In this document: in pieces, positions 13,154-30,750 of the stretch
How positions within the stretch are numbered: the first letter of the stretch is position 1
How the letters are laid out: the number at the start of each line of letters is the position of its first letter
NCBI RefSeq assembly: GCF_009914755.1
Contig: NC_060928.1
Reading direction: 5' to 3' (one strand)
Length of the DNA stretch: 64,000 bases
Origin: the human T2T-CHM13v2.0 reference genome, Homo sapiens
Notes under the pieces: model-generated
Told to the model about the DNA's origin: nothing
The model's input: only the letters and a program-made list of their open reading frames with translations
The model's database searches: none
Translations under genes and position numbers: made by a program

Positions 13154-14480
13154 CTGGCCCTCCCCATGAAAACCAGAATTGCGAATAGTTCAATCATTTG
13201 ACTTCAGTTTCTTGAGAACCGCTGACTCTTTTGATCAGATAACAAACATTCTTTGCCATCAATAAGTAGGTGCTTCCTAAACCCAGCACTTTGAATTTGG
13301 CCAAGTTCAAAGTGCAAATAAAGTAGAGGAAAAGGTGGGACAGAGACAAGGGGAGGAGAGAACCACAGTAAGGAAAGAAATTAAGAATAGCACCTAGAAT
13401 GGGATGAGTTTCTAGAGTTAAGTTTTCACTATAACTAGGGCTTCCTTGATGTTTTGAAATCAAAAGTGATGCCTGCATTTGCCAGTCTTCCTTCCGTCCC
13501 CAGCAATTCTCAGTATGTCTGTGAGAGAAATCTGGGCCAGTGCATGCAAGGACAATTATGACAAGCTTCTTCTGTCATATTTTTGCAAAAGGAGAAAACT
13601 TCTACATGTCTAGGCCTCAGAAACAAAAGTTAATTTTCAATTCAAGTTTACATTTCCTTTAGGGGAAGAGCTGTCTAGTGAATTAGATAATTTTCAAAAT
13701 TTCCTAGCAGAAATAAAAATCCAAGTTAAAGAAGGAAAATGAAAACAATTACAAATGGTAAGTTATCTGCCATGAACAACAACTGCTGGGTCTTGAAAGT
13801 AGGAGAGGGAGGTGTACGGCTTAATTAGGAAGTGTCCTCCCAGAATACCAATGGTCTCCCAGCTACTCTGCTTAGTTTGCCACAGACCATTGTCTTTCTT
13901 CATAAATCTAAATTAGCATCTGCAGCCACTTTCCTAGAAATGAAGATTTTAGCTCAGTGCTTCATTTTGAACACCCACTGGTCTTGAACTAAATTTAAAT
14001 CATGAATGGAGTATTATTTAAAGGTTGATGATCTTCACACAGCATCACTTTAGCAATGAAACTAAAACCCCCTGAACTAAATTCTGCTTTATAGCCAACA
14101 GTGCCATGGTTAGGTTCCAGTATAATAAAATTGTCTTGCTTTTGTAACTTTAAATGCCTTTAGACATTTTTTTTCAACATGCTATTGTAATGTATATAAC
14201 ATTGAGCATGAAGTGATTAAACAATAAAACCTTGAGCTAATTTGCAGGTGGGGGTGGATAATAGAGTCCCATGGGAAGTGCCATGGTCCTTCCCAAATTG
14301 AGGGAGGAAAGGTAGAGTCTCTTTTCATCTCTAACTTCAAACAAGACCAACTCTTTTGTCCCCAAGGGGATTTTAAGCCTCCATTCCAAAGGAAACACTG
14401 ATTCCACTGAGAAGATTCAGGGTCCAGTGCGATCGCAAAACTTAACTTCTTTGTTATGCTTGTGAAAGCTAGAAGTAGAG

Positions 14481-14884
14481 TCTGTTAGTCTGTTCTTTCA
14501 CTAGTATAAAGAAAACCTGAGACTGGATAATTTATAAGAAAAGAGGTTTAATTGGCTCACAGTTCTGCAGGCTGTACAGGAAGCATGGCTAGTGAGGCCT
14601 CAGGAAATTTACAATCATGGTTGAAGGCAAAGGAGGAAGCAGGCATGTCTTCACATGGCCACAGCAGGAGAAAGAGAGATGGGGAGAAGGTGCTATACAC
14701 ATTTAAACAAACAGATCTCATGAGAACTCACTTAATATCATGAGAATAGCACCAAGGGAGATGGTATTAAACCATTAGAAACTGCACCCATGATCCAATC
14801 ACCTCCCACCAGGCCCCACTTCCAACACTGGGGATTACAATTTGACATGAGGTTTGGGCAGGGACACAGACCCAACCCATAACA
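14481..14884 (-). mobile_element. MSTA solo LTR
   Basis: aagaggtttaattggctcacagttctgcaggctgtacaggaagcatgg...catgatccaatcacctcccaccagg. Confidence 0.9.
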
Positions 14885-15107
14885 AAGGAGTTATGCGTGG
14901 AAGGGTGTGGTTGGGAAAGGACAGGTAATCTTATTGTTAGACAGACCCAAATCTGCAGAGCCCAGAGATGGTACAGACCTTTTATGTTTCAGTCTATAAG
15001 CATTGGCCCTAAGGAATAGCCAAGGCAGTTTCTTGTTGTGCTGGGTCCCGGAAAGAAGCTGTACATCCTACAGACTTTTCAGCTAAAGTTGGGCATCTAG
15101 AATGTGA

Positions 15108-18747
<3,640 letters not shown>

Positions 18748-19215
18748 GGAGTGTGATATTTTTGATGTATTATTATGCTTTTGAGGGGTGGGAGAGAAGG
18801 AAGAGGACCTATAAAAAGAAAAATCCCACCCTGTCAACCTAGGGAAGAGTCAGAATTGCCTAGAGGAGTTAAAGGGGACTTAACAGAGCAAGGTTCTACT
18901 TCATTTTTGTTTTTCCTCCCCACTTGAAAATATAGACAACTCAAGTCTCATTAATGCACAAGTCAAAGGTAATGGTGCTGAAACAAGAAGCAAGCATCTC
19001 AACTCATGGTAGAACTTGAGCTAAGAACAATGGGGCAGACAAACAGAGAGTGTTCACCTGGCAAGTGTATGCCAACCTTCCACATGGTCTTGAGATGTGA
19101 GGCCACCATGGGTAACTTAAATGTCCACTTGAACAATTCCAGCATCTTCCATATTGGGTATTAACAAGATCAGCTTTTCCTCTAATATCTGATAGTATCT
19201 AATATTCTAAAAGTA

Positions 19216-22105
19216 CGGAATTCATCACTGGACGACATGGATACATTCTGAAAAATGCATCACTGGGCAATTTTGTCATTGTGCCAACCTATTATAGGAA
19301 CCTAGATGGTTTAGCCTACTACACACATAGGCTATATGGTATAGCCTATTCTCCTAGGCTACAAACCTGTACAGCATGTTACTGTACTGAGTACTGTAGG
19401 CAGTTGTAACAAGACGGTAAGTATTTGTGCATCTAAACATAGAAAAGGTACAGTAAAACTATAGTATAAAAGATAAATGATAGTGCACCTATATAGGGCA
19501 TTTACCATGAGTGGAGCTTGCAGGACTGAAAATTGCTCTGGGTGAGTCAGTGAGTGAGTGATGAGTGAATACAAAGGTCTAGGACGTTAATTACTATACA
19601 GTTCTGTAGACTTTATAAACACTGAACACTTAGGCTACACTAAATTTATTTCAAAATTTCTTCAATAATAATCTTAGCTTATTGTAAATTTTTTACTACA
19701 TAAACATTTTAATTTTTCCAACTTTTTGACTCTTTTTTAATAATATAGCTTAAAACACATTATACAGCTATACAGAAATATTTTTTATATCCTTAGAATT
19801 GTTTTTTACTTTTTGAAATTTTTGTGTTAAAAACTAGAACATAAACACCCATATTAGCCTAGGCCTACAGAATAATCAATATCTCTGTTTTCTATCTCCA
19901 CATCTTGTACCACTGGAAAGTCTTCACAAGCAATAAACACACATAGAGCTGTCACCTTCTATGACAAGAATGTCTTCTCTGGAATACCTCCTAAAGAACC
20001 TGGCTGGGGATCTTCTTGAGGAGGTGTGACTCTTCAGAAAGATGTTCATGATGGTTTGTTTGGTTTGTTCCTGGTTTTCATTACAGATTTGCTTGGAAGC
20101 AGATAATGCACCATGAACATTCCTCTCTATAAATGAAAATCTTTCAGTGTTAGGGCCCATGTTTTCAAACTTTTTAAGGAGATTTTAAGCTCTGCAAAAG
20201 CTTCTGCTAAACCCTTTGCTGCGAATTTTCTTGGAGGTTCTTCTTTTTCTTCTCCTTCAGTTTCCTTTTCTCTTGCCTCTTCTTCAGCTGTGCATTTCTG
20301 TTCCAGTTCCAATTCATTAGTTAGTTCCTCAAGAACCACCTGCAGGATCTCCTCGATGTCATCCTCATCCATATCCAGGTTAAAGTTGTTTGCCATCTCA
20401 ACCACAGACTTGTTAATTTTTGCAACCTCATCCTTAACAATTTCTTTGAAATCACAGGCAAACCTTTTGAGTGTCTTCTTCCAGATGCCATGCACACACT
20501 TTTTGGTAACATCACCTGAAGCCCAAGCAAGGTTCTTGATGCAGTCATAGGTATTGTAACCCTTCCATCAGTATTTTCTCAGTGTCTAGTCGCAACAGCA
20601 TCCTGGGCAAATGTCTTACTTAAGTAGTAGACCTTAAAAGCTGTTATAACTTCTTGACCCCTTCATTGAATCAAAAAGGTGGTTTTTAGAGGGGAAAAGA
20701 TCACTTTGATATTGGAATAAAGATCATCAATAAAAGGAAGATGTGTGGGAGCATTATCAACAATAAGCAAAATCTTTAAAAGTGTTTTTTCCAGACAGTA
20801 CTTCTCCATGTCACTGGCATAGCAATTCAGGAAGGCATCTTGGAAAGGGAAACGGGTCACCCATGAGTTCTTATTGCTATTATAGTACACTGGCAGCATG
20901 TGCTTATTGATATTCTTAAAGGCCTTGAGTTCCCATTGTGACAAATCACAAAGAGTTTCAATTTTTAACCTGCTACACTGCCCCCAAGAAAGACTGTTAT
21001 CCTGTCCTTAAAAACCTTGAAACCTGGTATTGACTTGGCCTCTTCATAGATCAAAGTTTTTTCGGGCATCTGTTTCTAGAATAGGAGGTTTCATTCATAT
21101 TGAAGATTTGTTCTGGCAAGTAATTTTTCTCTACAATTTGTTTATCTAGAGTTTCCAAAATTTTTTCAGCTTCCTTCACATCAACAGCCACAGACTCACC
21201 TCTCACTTTCACATTATTTAATGAATAACAATTATTGAATCATTTAAACTACCCAGAACTAACAGTAAATTCAACATCATAGTCAGGTCTAGCCATTTCT
21301 TTCAACATCACAAGCTTTTTGTTTTGGTTGTGATCATCAAGATGCTGAGAGGGATATGCTTCTGTGTCTGGTCTTCAATTCAGGTCAGTAGAAGTTTCTT
21401 TCTCCATATCTGATAAATGCCCTTCTTGAATTTGTGTTAGTTTTGTTGCCTTTAATGAAACAGATGCTTTAACACCTTCCATCATTTTGCTCTTGTCCTT
21501 CAATATGGTAGCCATGGTCCAATGGGACATGCCTGACTGACAGGCAGTAACCACCACTGATTTTCCACCTTTGTAGTCCTTCATCATTTTTAATTTCATT
21601 TCCAGGTCATTTACTCAATGTGGCTTCTTACTGACACCATTCACCATGGATTTTGTACACTTGGGGCCATGATGAACAAAACACAAGATTAAGTCAAGGA
21701 TAAGAGAAAATGATGCAATCAGGAGATGCAGTAAACATAAGATGTATGAGGCTGCTAATAGCATAACACGATATACTATTTTACAGTAATAAGCAGAAAG
21801 AGTACAGTCTGAAATAATAAAAAGTATTGTAATACATTAGCCAGTAATATAGTCATTTATTATCATTATCAATTATTATGTACTGTACATAATGGTATAG
21901 GCTATGCTTTTATATGGCTGGCAATGCAGTAGGTTTGTTTACACCAGTATCACCACAAACACATGAGTAATGTGGCATGTTAGGGCTTTATGGCTACAAC
22001 ATCACTAGATGATAGGAATTTTTCAGCTCCATTATAATCTTATGAGACCACTGTCTTATACACAGCCTATTGTTGACCAAAACATTGTCATGCAACATAT
22101 TACTA
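19216..22105 (-). mobile_element. Tigger3 (GOLEM) DNA transposon, essentially full length
   Basis: Both degenerate TIRs are present and flanked by TA. The element is about 2.9 kb and contains transposase remnants. Confidence 0.9.
19870..21670 (-). pseudogene. Decayed Tigger3 pogo-like transposase (HTH, CENP-B HTH, DDE)
   Basis: ORF fragments KDYKGGKSV..QSGMSH..ATILK, KILLIVDNAPTH and an acidic C-terminus (EEEAREKETEGEEKEEPPRKF), broken by stops and frameshifts. Confidence 0.9.
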
Positions 22106-22444
22106 TATATTGTATCAAATGTTGAAGAACTAATGTACAGCATGGAATGTTCAAAAATATATGAAAAGTAGCTACTATGACCTCGGAAGCTGAGGAGAAT
22201 TTCAGGGATGCTCAGACAATTCTGGACTTCAGAGAAATAGACATCCCATTCTGTCAGAAACAGAACAAAGGTAGATTTCTTGCTGATATCCTGAAGATTG
22301 TTAGGAGAGGAAAATGAGACCAAGAAGAGTTATAGCCAGGCTCTACAAATGTCTCTGGCATCAACAAATCAATATACAATTTGAGAAACCCAATGTAATA
22401 TATGACTAATCATCAAAAATCTGTGATATTTCTAAATACATTAC

Positions 22445-22447
22445 TGT

Positions 22448-22493
<46 letters not shown>

Positions 22494-22499
22494 ATGTGT
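22445..22499. repeat. (TG)n microsatellite
   Basis: About 20 uninterrupted TG units with imperfect flanks. Confidence 0.98.
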
Positions 22500-24029
22500 T
22501 TACAGAAACCCTGAAACAGAATGGAGACAAAGGTATTACTGCTGCTATCAATCAATTAATAAAAACAGTATGAAAAGTCCATTACTATCTGTACTTCAGT
22601 TTCATGTGCTGGATAGAAAGAAAGAAATATTCATGAGTCAACTGCTGTATTTTCATCCATGATATCATCTTTGATTGTCATCCCAAAATAGCACAAAAGT
22701 GATCATTATAATCACAAAACAATTCCATAGGGTTCTTTAAAGTTTAAAACAGTTTCTTATGTGTTATTTAATTGCATAATAGCACTGTGAGAAACACAGG
22801 CTATCAGAGCAGAAATAGCAGCCCTATGAAGAAAGAGGAATGATGAAAAAGAAAGAAAGGAAGGAGAGAAATGTGAAGAGGGGAGGAAAAAAAGAAGGAG
22901 GGAGAGGAAAAGCTGCCTATCCATCACTTGTTATAATTGGATACCAATCTTAATCTTAATGTCTCCTAACAAGTCTTCCAAGGGTCAAGATCCACGTAGT
23001 TCTTTTTACTCTCCAGTAATAATTGCTTTACAAATTTTAAGTAATATTATTATCATCATCACCAATCTTAGCTAGAAAGTTTTCTTATAAACTCATATAT
23101 AAAATTGGGGAAGCTTCAGAATAAACAGAGCACAGTGAAGCACAAAGTTGAGGTTAAAAAAGCAAGCAACAAGCACTAGCTTTCTCTATAGTCATCATCT
23201 TTCTCCCTGATGCGCTGTGTAGCTAAGTAGTAAGCTTACATTAAAAACGGGATTGTAGAGTGAGTTTGCCTGAGAATGCCTCTCCAAGACCAGCCTAGGA
23301 AGTGCAAATCCCTCCCATTTTGTCCTCAGTTCAACTCCCAAGATTCCCAACCTCGGTGTGTGAGTCACATTGCAATTGCCTACGATATGCATCTGCACGG
23401 ATTCCTTCTGCTTCAGCAGGGAATTTCAAGCTCCTGCCTGCCTATAATGAAGAAGAAAATTAGTGCGACAACGTGTCCGGATGCTGAAAAGCTGGCAGCC
23501 AGCAAAACAGTAGTGCATTTGGCTAATTTTCTTTTCCAGGCTTTTTACTGTAAAGAAAATTGGCCTCCATGGATTAAAAATATTTCAACATTTGCATCCC
23601 TTTCTTGAGTCTGATCTCTTTGTTTCCATTTTAATATGTCGTGGGAAGTTTCCTGTGAAAATGTAAACAAGCTTTGTGTTTATTTTAATCACTTTTTCCT
23701 CCTGTTTTCGGGCTGTAGACAACCCCAGCCCTTACTCAAATTCTGGTGGTTAGAGTAGAACACAACCAAGTTGTAACCCAAGCCTGTCCTTTTGTAAGAG
23801 GAAGTGGTGGGATAAATAAAAGGAAGGCATTTCCTAAAGTAGCTGAGAGTCCTATTAACTGGCTAAAGAACTAACTCCTCAATGAAGAATTAGTCAACTG
23901 AACTAGTTTAAGAAAACCTTTGAGGTGAATAATTCACAGCTTTGGAACCTAAATACCCACCCAAGAAGGAATCTTTCCTTTTCCTGTTAATCCTGAATAT
24001 TGTATCTCTACTTTGCTTCTGGAATCACC

Positions 24030-24490
24030 TTGAAAGTGTTGCCATCTTCAGTGTTTCTACTCCCTCTCATCTGATTGATTAACCCACTATAGTCTAGCTT
24101 CTATTCTTACTACCTTACTGAAATTTACAAAGACAGATGTCAACAATGATCTACTTTTTGTATAAGTAATACATTATGATCAATACAGTAAATGTTTCTA
24201 CTACCTATTTTACTGGATTTCTCTGTTGTATCTGAAGATGTAAACCACTCTCCTTTGAGAATTTTGTCTTCTTTTGTTTTCCATGGCATCATGGAAACCT
24301 GATTCCTTTTCAACATTGCAGATCATCAATCCTTAGTCTTCTTCACTGAATTCTCTTCCATTGTCCTCTTAAAATAGGAGTTATATTTTATAATCTCATT
24401 CATTCTCATCTTTTCAATATCACCTCTATATAATTTTCCCATTTATATGTCTAGCCTAGACTTCCTTCCTAAATCCTTACATCTTGATCT
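24030..24490 (+). mobile_element. L2 ORF2 fragment
   Basis: Degenerate L2 motifs (aacccactatagtctagcttct, tatatgtctagcctagacttc). Confidence 0.55.
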
Positions 24491-25534
24491 GCACGCTTTG
24501 ATTCTAGCAGTGCTATTGTGAACAATTCCAAACCACCTCCTGCTGCCAAAATCTCACCTCAAGTGCTTGCTTCTCTTGTCTTTTCCTGTTGCGACTCAAG
24601 TCCTTTTATAATGTCATAGAAGCATTTTTGCCCACTTAAACAAGAGCAGCTCACAAGACAGAAGTCAGAAGGTATATGTTTCAGACTCCCACCTTTCAGA
24701 TGGGTAATTCTTGGAGGCTTTCTTTGTTTTTCTCAAAAGTCCCTCGTTGCCTAGAGCACTGACCTCAATAAAGTACCCTTACACTGGCTCTTCCTTTTTC
24801 CCTATTTCACTTTCCCTCTGTGACCACTCAGGTTTTGTGAGATCACTTGCCAAACCAACTACTTATGGCCAAATACCTTTTTTTAATAGATTTTATTTTT
24901 TAGACCACTTTTAGTTTCACATCAAAAGGGAGCAGAAGATACAGAGAGCTCCCATATGTAATGCTTGTCCTCACATATGCACAGTCTCCCCCATTATCAA
25001 CATCCTGCCCCACAGTTGAACATTTGTTAAAATCCATGAACCTACATTAAAACATCATTGTCACCCAAGGCCTATCGTTTACACTAGGATTTACTCTTGG
25101 TGATGTATATTATTATAGGTTTAGACAAATTTATAATGACATCTGTCTACCATTATAGTGTCATACAGAGTTATTTCACTGGCCTGAAAATCCTCTGTGC
25201 TCCTCGACCTATTCATCTCTACCTCCCCATAACCCCTGGCAACCAGTGATCTTTTTACTGTCTTCATAGTTTTGAATTTTTCAGAACATCATATAGTTGA
25301 AATCCTGTAGTATATAGGCTTTTAAGATTGGCTTCTTTCACCTCATAATATGCATTTTAAGTTTCCCTCATGTCTTTTCATAGCTTGATAGCTCATTTCT
25401 CTTTGGTGCTGAATAATATTTCAATGTCTACATGTACCACAGTTTATCCACTCACCTACTGAAGGACATCTTACTTGCTTCCAAGTTTTGGTAATTATGA
25501 ATAATCAGGCCACAAAAATCTGCGTGCCCCGCAT

Positions 25535-25807
25535 GTGTTTCCCCCATGCTGTTCTCGTGATAGTGAGGGAGTTCTCACAACAGCTCGTGATTTTAAGTTT
25601 GACACTTCCACACTCTTTCTCTCTCTCTCTCTCTCTCCTGCCGCCATATAAGAAGTGCCTTGCTTCCCCTTTGCCTTCTGCCACGACTGTAGGTCTCTTG
25701 AGGCCACCCCAGCCATGTGGAACTATGAATCAATTAAACCTCTTTTGTTTATAAATTACCCAATCTCAGGTAGTTTCTTTATAGCAATGTGAAAATGAAC
25801 TAATGCA
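25535..25807 (+). mobile_element. THE1D/MSTA LTR, 3' half
   Basis: cccatgctgttctcgtgatagtgag...aattaaacctctt...gaactaatgca. The 5' half is missing. Confidence 0.85.
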
Positions 25808-25821
25808 AATACCAAGGATAA

Positions 25822-26007
<186 letters not shown>

Positions 26008-26472
26008 TAAGAAACTGCCAAACTGTCTTCCGAAGTGGCTGTATCATTTTGCATTCCCACCAGCAATAAATGAGCATTCCTGTTGCTCCACATTCTCACA
26101 AGCATTTGATGTTGTCAGTGTTTTTGATTTTTGGTTATTCTCATTGATGTGTAGTGCCATCTCATTGTCATTTTAATTTGCATTTCCTGAATGAGGTGGA
26201 TTATCTTTTTATTGTTTATTTACCATCCATAGGTCTTATTTGGTGAAGTGTCTGTTGGGGTTTTGGGCCCATTTTTCAATGGTACCCAAGTTCTTATTTT
26301 AGGCATTGCTTTAAGGGAAACCAAAAGATAATTGGTACCAGCAATGATCCTGCAAAACAGAAGAATGAGATCCTATAACTAGATTGTTTACATTTAGATG
26401 ATACCAATAATTGAATGACTGGTAATAAACAGGATGGTGATAAGACCTAACATGCAGTACCATTCAATTATT

Positions 26473-26701
<229 letters not shown>

Positions 26702-27103
26702 TCATCTGTAGTGGATGTGACAAATACAGAGGAAAAGAAAGGTATTGCATTCATTGATATTGGGCAATAGTAATTATAAGGATTATGGAATTCAATGGCC
26801 TTCATTAAATGCCTTAAATGTCTTGAAAAAATATGAGTATGAAATAAAAATAATATGTCGGGTTCAGCTATGTCCTGTGAAGTGCACCCTGTGAAGATCA
26901 GAAGACCTCAATGGATGGGTAAAAAGAGACCTTCAACTCCTATAATCAAAGGGTAGTTCTATGCTGAAAGTCAGGTCAAATATTTAAACCTTGTGAAGAC
27001 ACTGAATGTGCAGCCTTGAAAAATCTTCAAAGCTGAAGACACAGCCATAATAGGGGAGTAGTAAAATCCTAAAACCTGATATGGGAATATCTGTAGATTC
27101 ATT

Positions 27104-27175
27104 ACACCACCATGGCACATGTATACATATGTAACTAACGTGCACATTGTGCACATGTACCCTAAAACTTAAAGT

Positions 27176-27206
<31 letters not shown>

Positions 27207-27216
27207 GAAAAAAAAA
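27104..27216 (+). mobile_element. Extremely short young L1PA 3' tip
   Basis: catggcacatgtatacatatgtaactaac...taccctaaaacttaaagtataat followed by an (AAT)n/A tail. Confidence 0.85.
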
Positions 27217-27304
27217 GATTGAACCCTAAGTTCTCCTGGATCCTCCAGATTGGCATAAGCAGCCACTGCCCCTGCCAGAGAGGAGTCCTTCTTACCTGGA
27301 GATA

Positions 27305-27685
27305 TTGTCCAGATCTCACCTGAAGCAGATGCCTAGCAAGGTGATGTTTCTTCCTCAATATCCACTATTGCCTTTCCTTCTAGCTTCCAAACCAATAATT
27401 AAAGTCATATATCAGGGTACACTAAGTGGGGAAATACAATCCCTCTTCCAGAAAGAAATAGCTTATTCACATTTTGTATTACCGGCTTATATGTTCTGGC
27501 AGAAATTGGTAAAATATGTGTGGGAGTGGATTTTGAGGGTTAAGCTGGGCAGACAGTATATAAATCTGAATAAGGGAGAGGTTGTTGACATTGGAGTATT
27601 CTTTCATGACTCAGGATTTAATGCCTTGGCAAGAACACCTGGATCCACTCCAAATACAGAACTGGGATCCCTCTTTGAAACTTAG
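27305..27685 (+). pseudogene. ERV-L gag fragment (open 126-codon frame)
   Basis: WEWILRV and DSGFN.LARTPG match the ERV-L Gag capsid region as recalled. Confidence 0.8.
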
Positions 27686-30123
27686 TCACATTTATGGCCC
27701 ATAGTAATAATGGTGGAGATGCTGGAACTGTGTTGGCAGAGTATTGGAGAAAGATTTAGAAGTGGGAGAAAAACTCACTCTGACTGTGTTCTTCGGAAGA
27801 GCCCAGAAGATACGCCTTTACTAACAAAATAAAGAATAAACTTTATGGGAGAGTAGCCAGTTATATCTTTGAAAATTTCAATGGTAGCTCTTCTCTGTAG
27901 GACAGGGTAGATAGAAGGAAATGATGTCATGGTGGAACTCATTTCCTCTCTATCAATGGCAATGTAAAATTCCAAAGCATCAGATAGGAGGTTGCAACAC
28001 TTAACAGTCATAGGCAAGGTGGAAATAATAACCATAATAGGCAGCAAATCTAGAATGACAATCAGGAGTCAATCAAGAGTGAGGCAGATGGGCTGCTGAC
28101 TACAGACAAAAATCAATGGCTGGTAAACAGAAGACTGATCTCAGCTGCTACAGTGGAAAATCACAATTATTCATCAAGCTTCAAGCTTTAAGATCTGATC
28201 CAATTCTCAAAAAAAGAGTCATTAAAGAGGATAATGTTCACTGCAAGGAAAGATCCCTAAAGGTCCCCTTAAGGAAGGTATATTGTATATACTGCTACAG
28301 CAAATATATACAGTAAACATGCTCCAAATTCATTATCTGAAGAAACTGACCACTTACCAGACTAAGTTGTGCACTGGGGAAAGAGGAGGACTCTGACCTT
28401 TCAAGAACTATTAGATATATCCCTAAGCCGACAAAAATACAAAGAGACATGCTATGTTGTCATACCTCACTACCTCAATTAGAGTGGGGCTTTTGAAGGT
28501 CAGATGAATCCTCTCCAAAGACTATCTCACAATGAGTTTGTATACCCATTCTGTTGTTATTTCCCCTGTGCCTGAGTGTACAATTGGGATGAATATGATT
28601 AGTAGCTAACAAACACTCACTCACATGGTTCCTTGAGCTGTCCAATAAGAACAATTGTTATATGAAAGGCCAAGGATAAGGCTTTGAAGTTACCCTTACC
28701 CACTTAAGATAGTAAATCAGAATACCATGCTCAATGAAAATCCAAGCTTAATGCTACAATCAAGATGTAAAGGCACAGGTATTGTGGTCATCATCATATC
28801 ATTGTCTGGTTGACATCATTACAGATAATAGCTGATTACCATGAAAATACCAAATGAGACCCACAATTGCACGTCTGTGTCAGATGTGGTATGTTGACTA
28901 GAACTGATCAACATCACTTGTTGATCAGGCAGTGGCAGTTGGTATGTAGCTATTAATCTGATTAATATGTTCTTTTCAATCCTCATCAATAATGAAGATG
29001 AAAGAAATTCGCATTTATGTGGAAAGGACAGCAATGCACATTCACTGCCTTGTCCCCAGGCTATGTTATTTATCCTGTTCTCTGTCAAAATGTAGTACAA
29101 AGGAAACTAGATCATCTTGACATTCTAGAGAAAATTATGCTGGCCTACTATATTGATGAAATTATAATGAACAGGAAATGGTGAGTAGCTCTGTTACCAT
29201 TGTCAAATCATATATTCCAATGAGTCAGAGATAAAAGCTACAAAGATTGAGAGGCTGCTACATACTTTGAAGATTTTTAGGAAGCCAATAGCCTGGCACA
29301 TATTTGAACATGTTCTCGTGTACTCCAAGAAAAAAGACAAGCTATTGCACCTTGCAACCTTGCAACTAAGAAAAAGACACATTCAGTCGTGCAACAGGTG
29401 CTGTCAGTGTTTTGCACAGAACATCTTATTATTTTCCATTTCTTTGCTTATAGGTCTGACTTCTAATTGCCAGCACTGTAATTTTTTGCTCGAAAGCTCC
29501 CTTTCTGACCACCAGACTATGGAGAAGGCCAGAAAAGCCCAATAATTAATTCCTCCCAAGATTAATCCTCAATTAGTGACTAATAACAGTTGGTGGATAC
29601 TTCCTAAGTACTGCGTTTCACAAAGTCTATAAGAGTTCCTAAGAAGGATTAAGCTCTAGTTGCCCTCAGTGATAACTTGCTTGAAAATTTCATCTTTATG
29701 AGATGCAACTCACATAGTGCTCAGAGAGGAATTTATAGTTGTAAACACCTATACCTAAAAATGAAGAAAGAACTCAAATCAATAATCTGAACTTCTTCCA
29801 TATGAAACTAAAATAAAAAAGAGCAAATTAAACCCAAAACCAGAAGAGGGAAGGAAATAATGATAATTAGAATGTAAATAAATAAAATAGAGAATAGAAA
29901 AGCAACACAATCAACAAAACCAAAGCTTGGCTCTCTGAAAAGATCAATAAAATTGAGAAATCTTTAGCTAAAAAAAGAGAATTACTGAAACAGGGAATGA
30001 AAGAGGAAACATAACTACTGACCATAGAGAAATAAAAAGTAATCTAAAGAAATACAGTGAACAAATGTATACCAACAAATTAGATAACTTAAATAAAATC
30101 TACAACTTCTTAGAAGGATACAA

Positions 30124-30437
30124 GGCTGGGTATATGCCTGGTGGCTCATGCCTGTAATCTCAGTACTTAGGGAGGCAAACGTAGATGGATCACTTGAGCT
30201 CAGGAATTCAAGTCCAGCCTAGGCAACATGGCTGTCTGTCTCTATACAAAATACAAAAATTAGCCAGGCATGGTGGTGCATGACTGTCATCCCAATTACT
30301 CAGGAGGCTGAGGTGGGAGGATCACTTGAGCCTGGGAGGTCAAGGCTTCAGTAAGCCAACATCACACCACATACTCCAGCCTAGGGGACAGTATGAGACC
30401 CTGTCTTAAAAAATAAAAAAAAAAAAAAAAAAAAAAA
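30124..30437 (+). mobile_element. AluJ
   Basis: ggaggatcacttgagcctgggaggtcaaggct is a J-type right arm. Confidence 0.9.
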
Positions 30438-30539
30438 ACACAAATGACTGAAATTGTGTCAAGAAATAGATTGAACAGACTTATAATAAGTACAAAAAAA
30501 TTGATTAGAAATGTGGAAACTTCCCTCCATGAACAACCC

Positions 30540-30750
30540 GGATGTAAGTGTGGGCAATGTTGCAAAACCTCATCTCTGAAAAAAAAAAAAAAAAATCAGC
30601 CAGGTGTGGTGGCAAGTGCTTGTAGTCCCAGCTGCTTGGGAGGCTGAGGTGGGAGGATTACCTGAGCCAAGAAAGGTCAAGGCTATGTGATCAGGGCACT
30701 GCACTCCAGTCTGGGTGACAGAGTGATACTCTGTCTCAAAAAAAAGAAAA
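30540..30750 (+). mobile_element. AluJ, 5'-truncated
   Basis: Partial left arm, expanded middle A-run, J-type right arm. Confidence 0.85.

Noticed and set aside
22178-22318. Short protein-like frame MTSEAEENFRDAQTILDFREIDIPF... next to Tigger3
   Set aside because: I recognise no homologue and see no convincing splice sites or TSD. A tBLASTn search would be needed.
22825-22912. Polypurine tract (also about 49480-49565)
   Set aside because: It is low-complexity sequence without a clear mirror symmetry that would support H-DNA.
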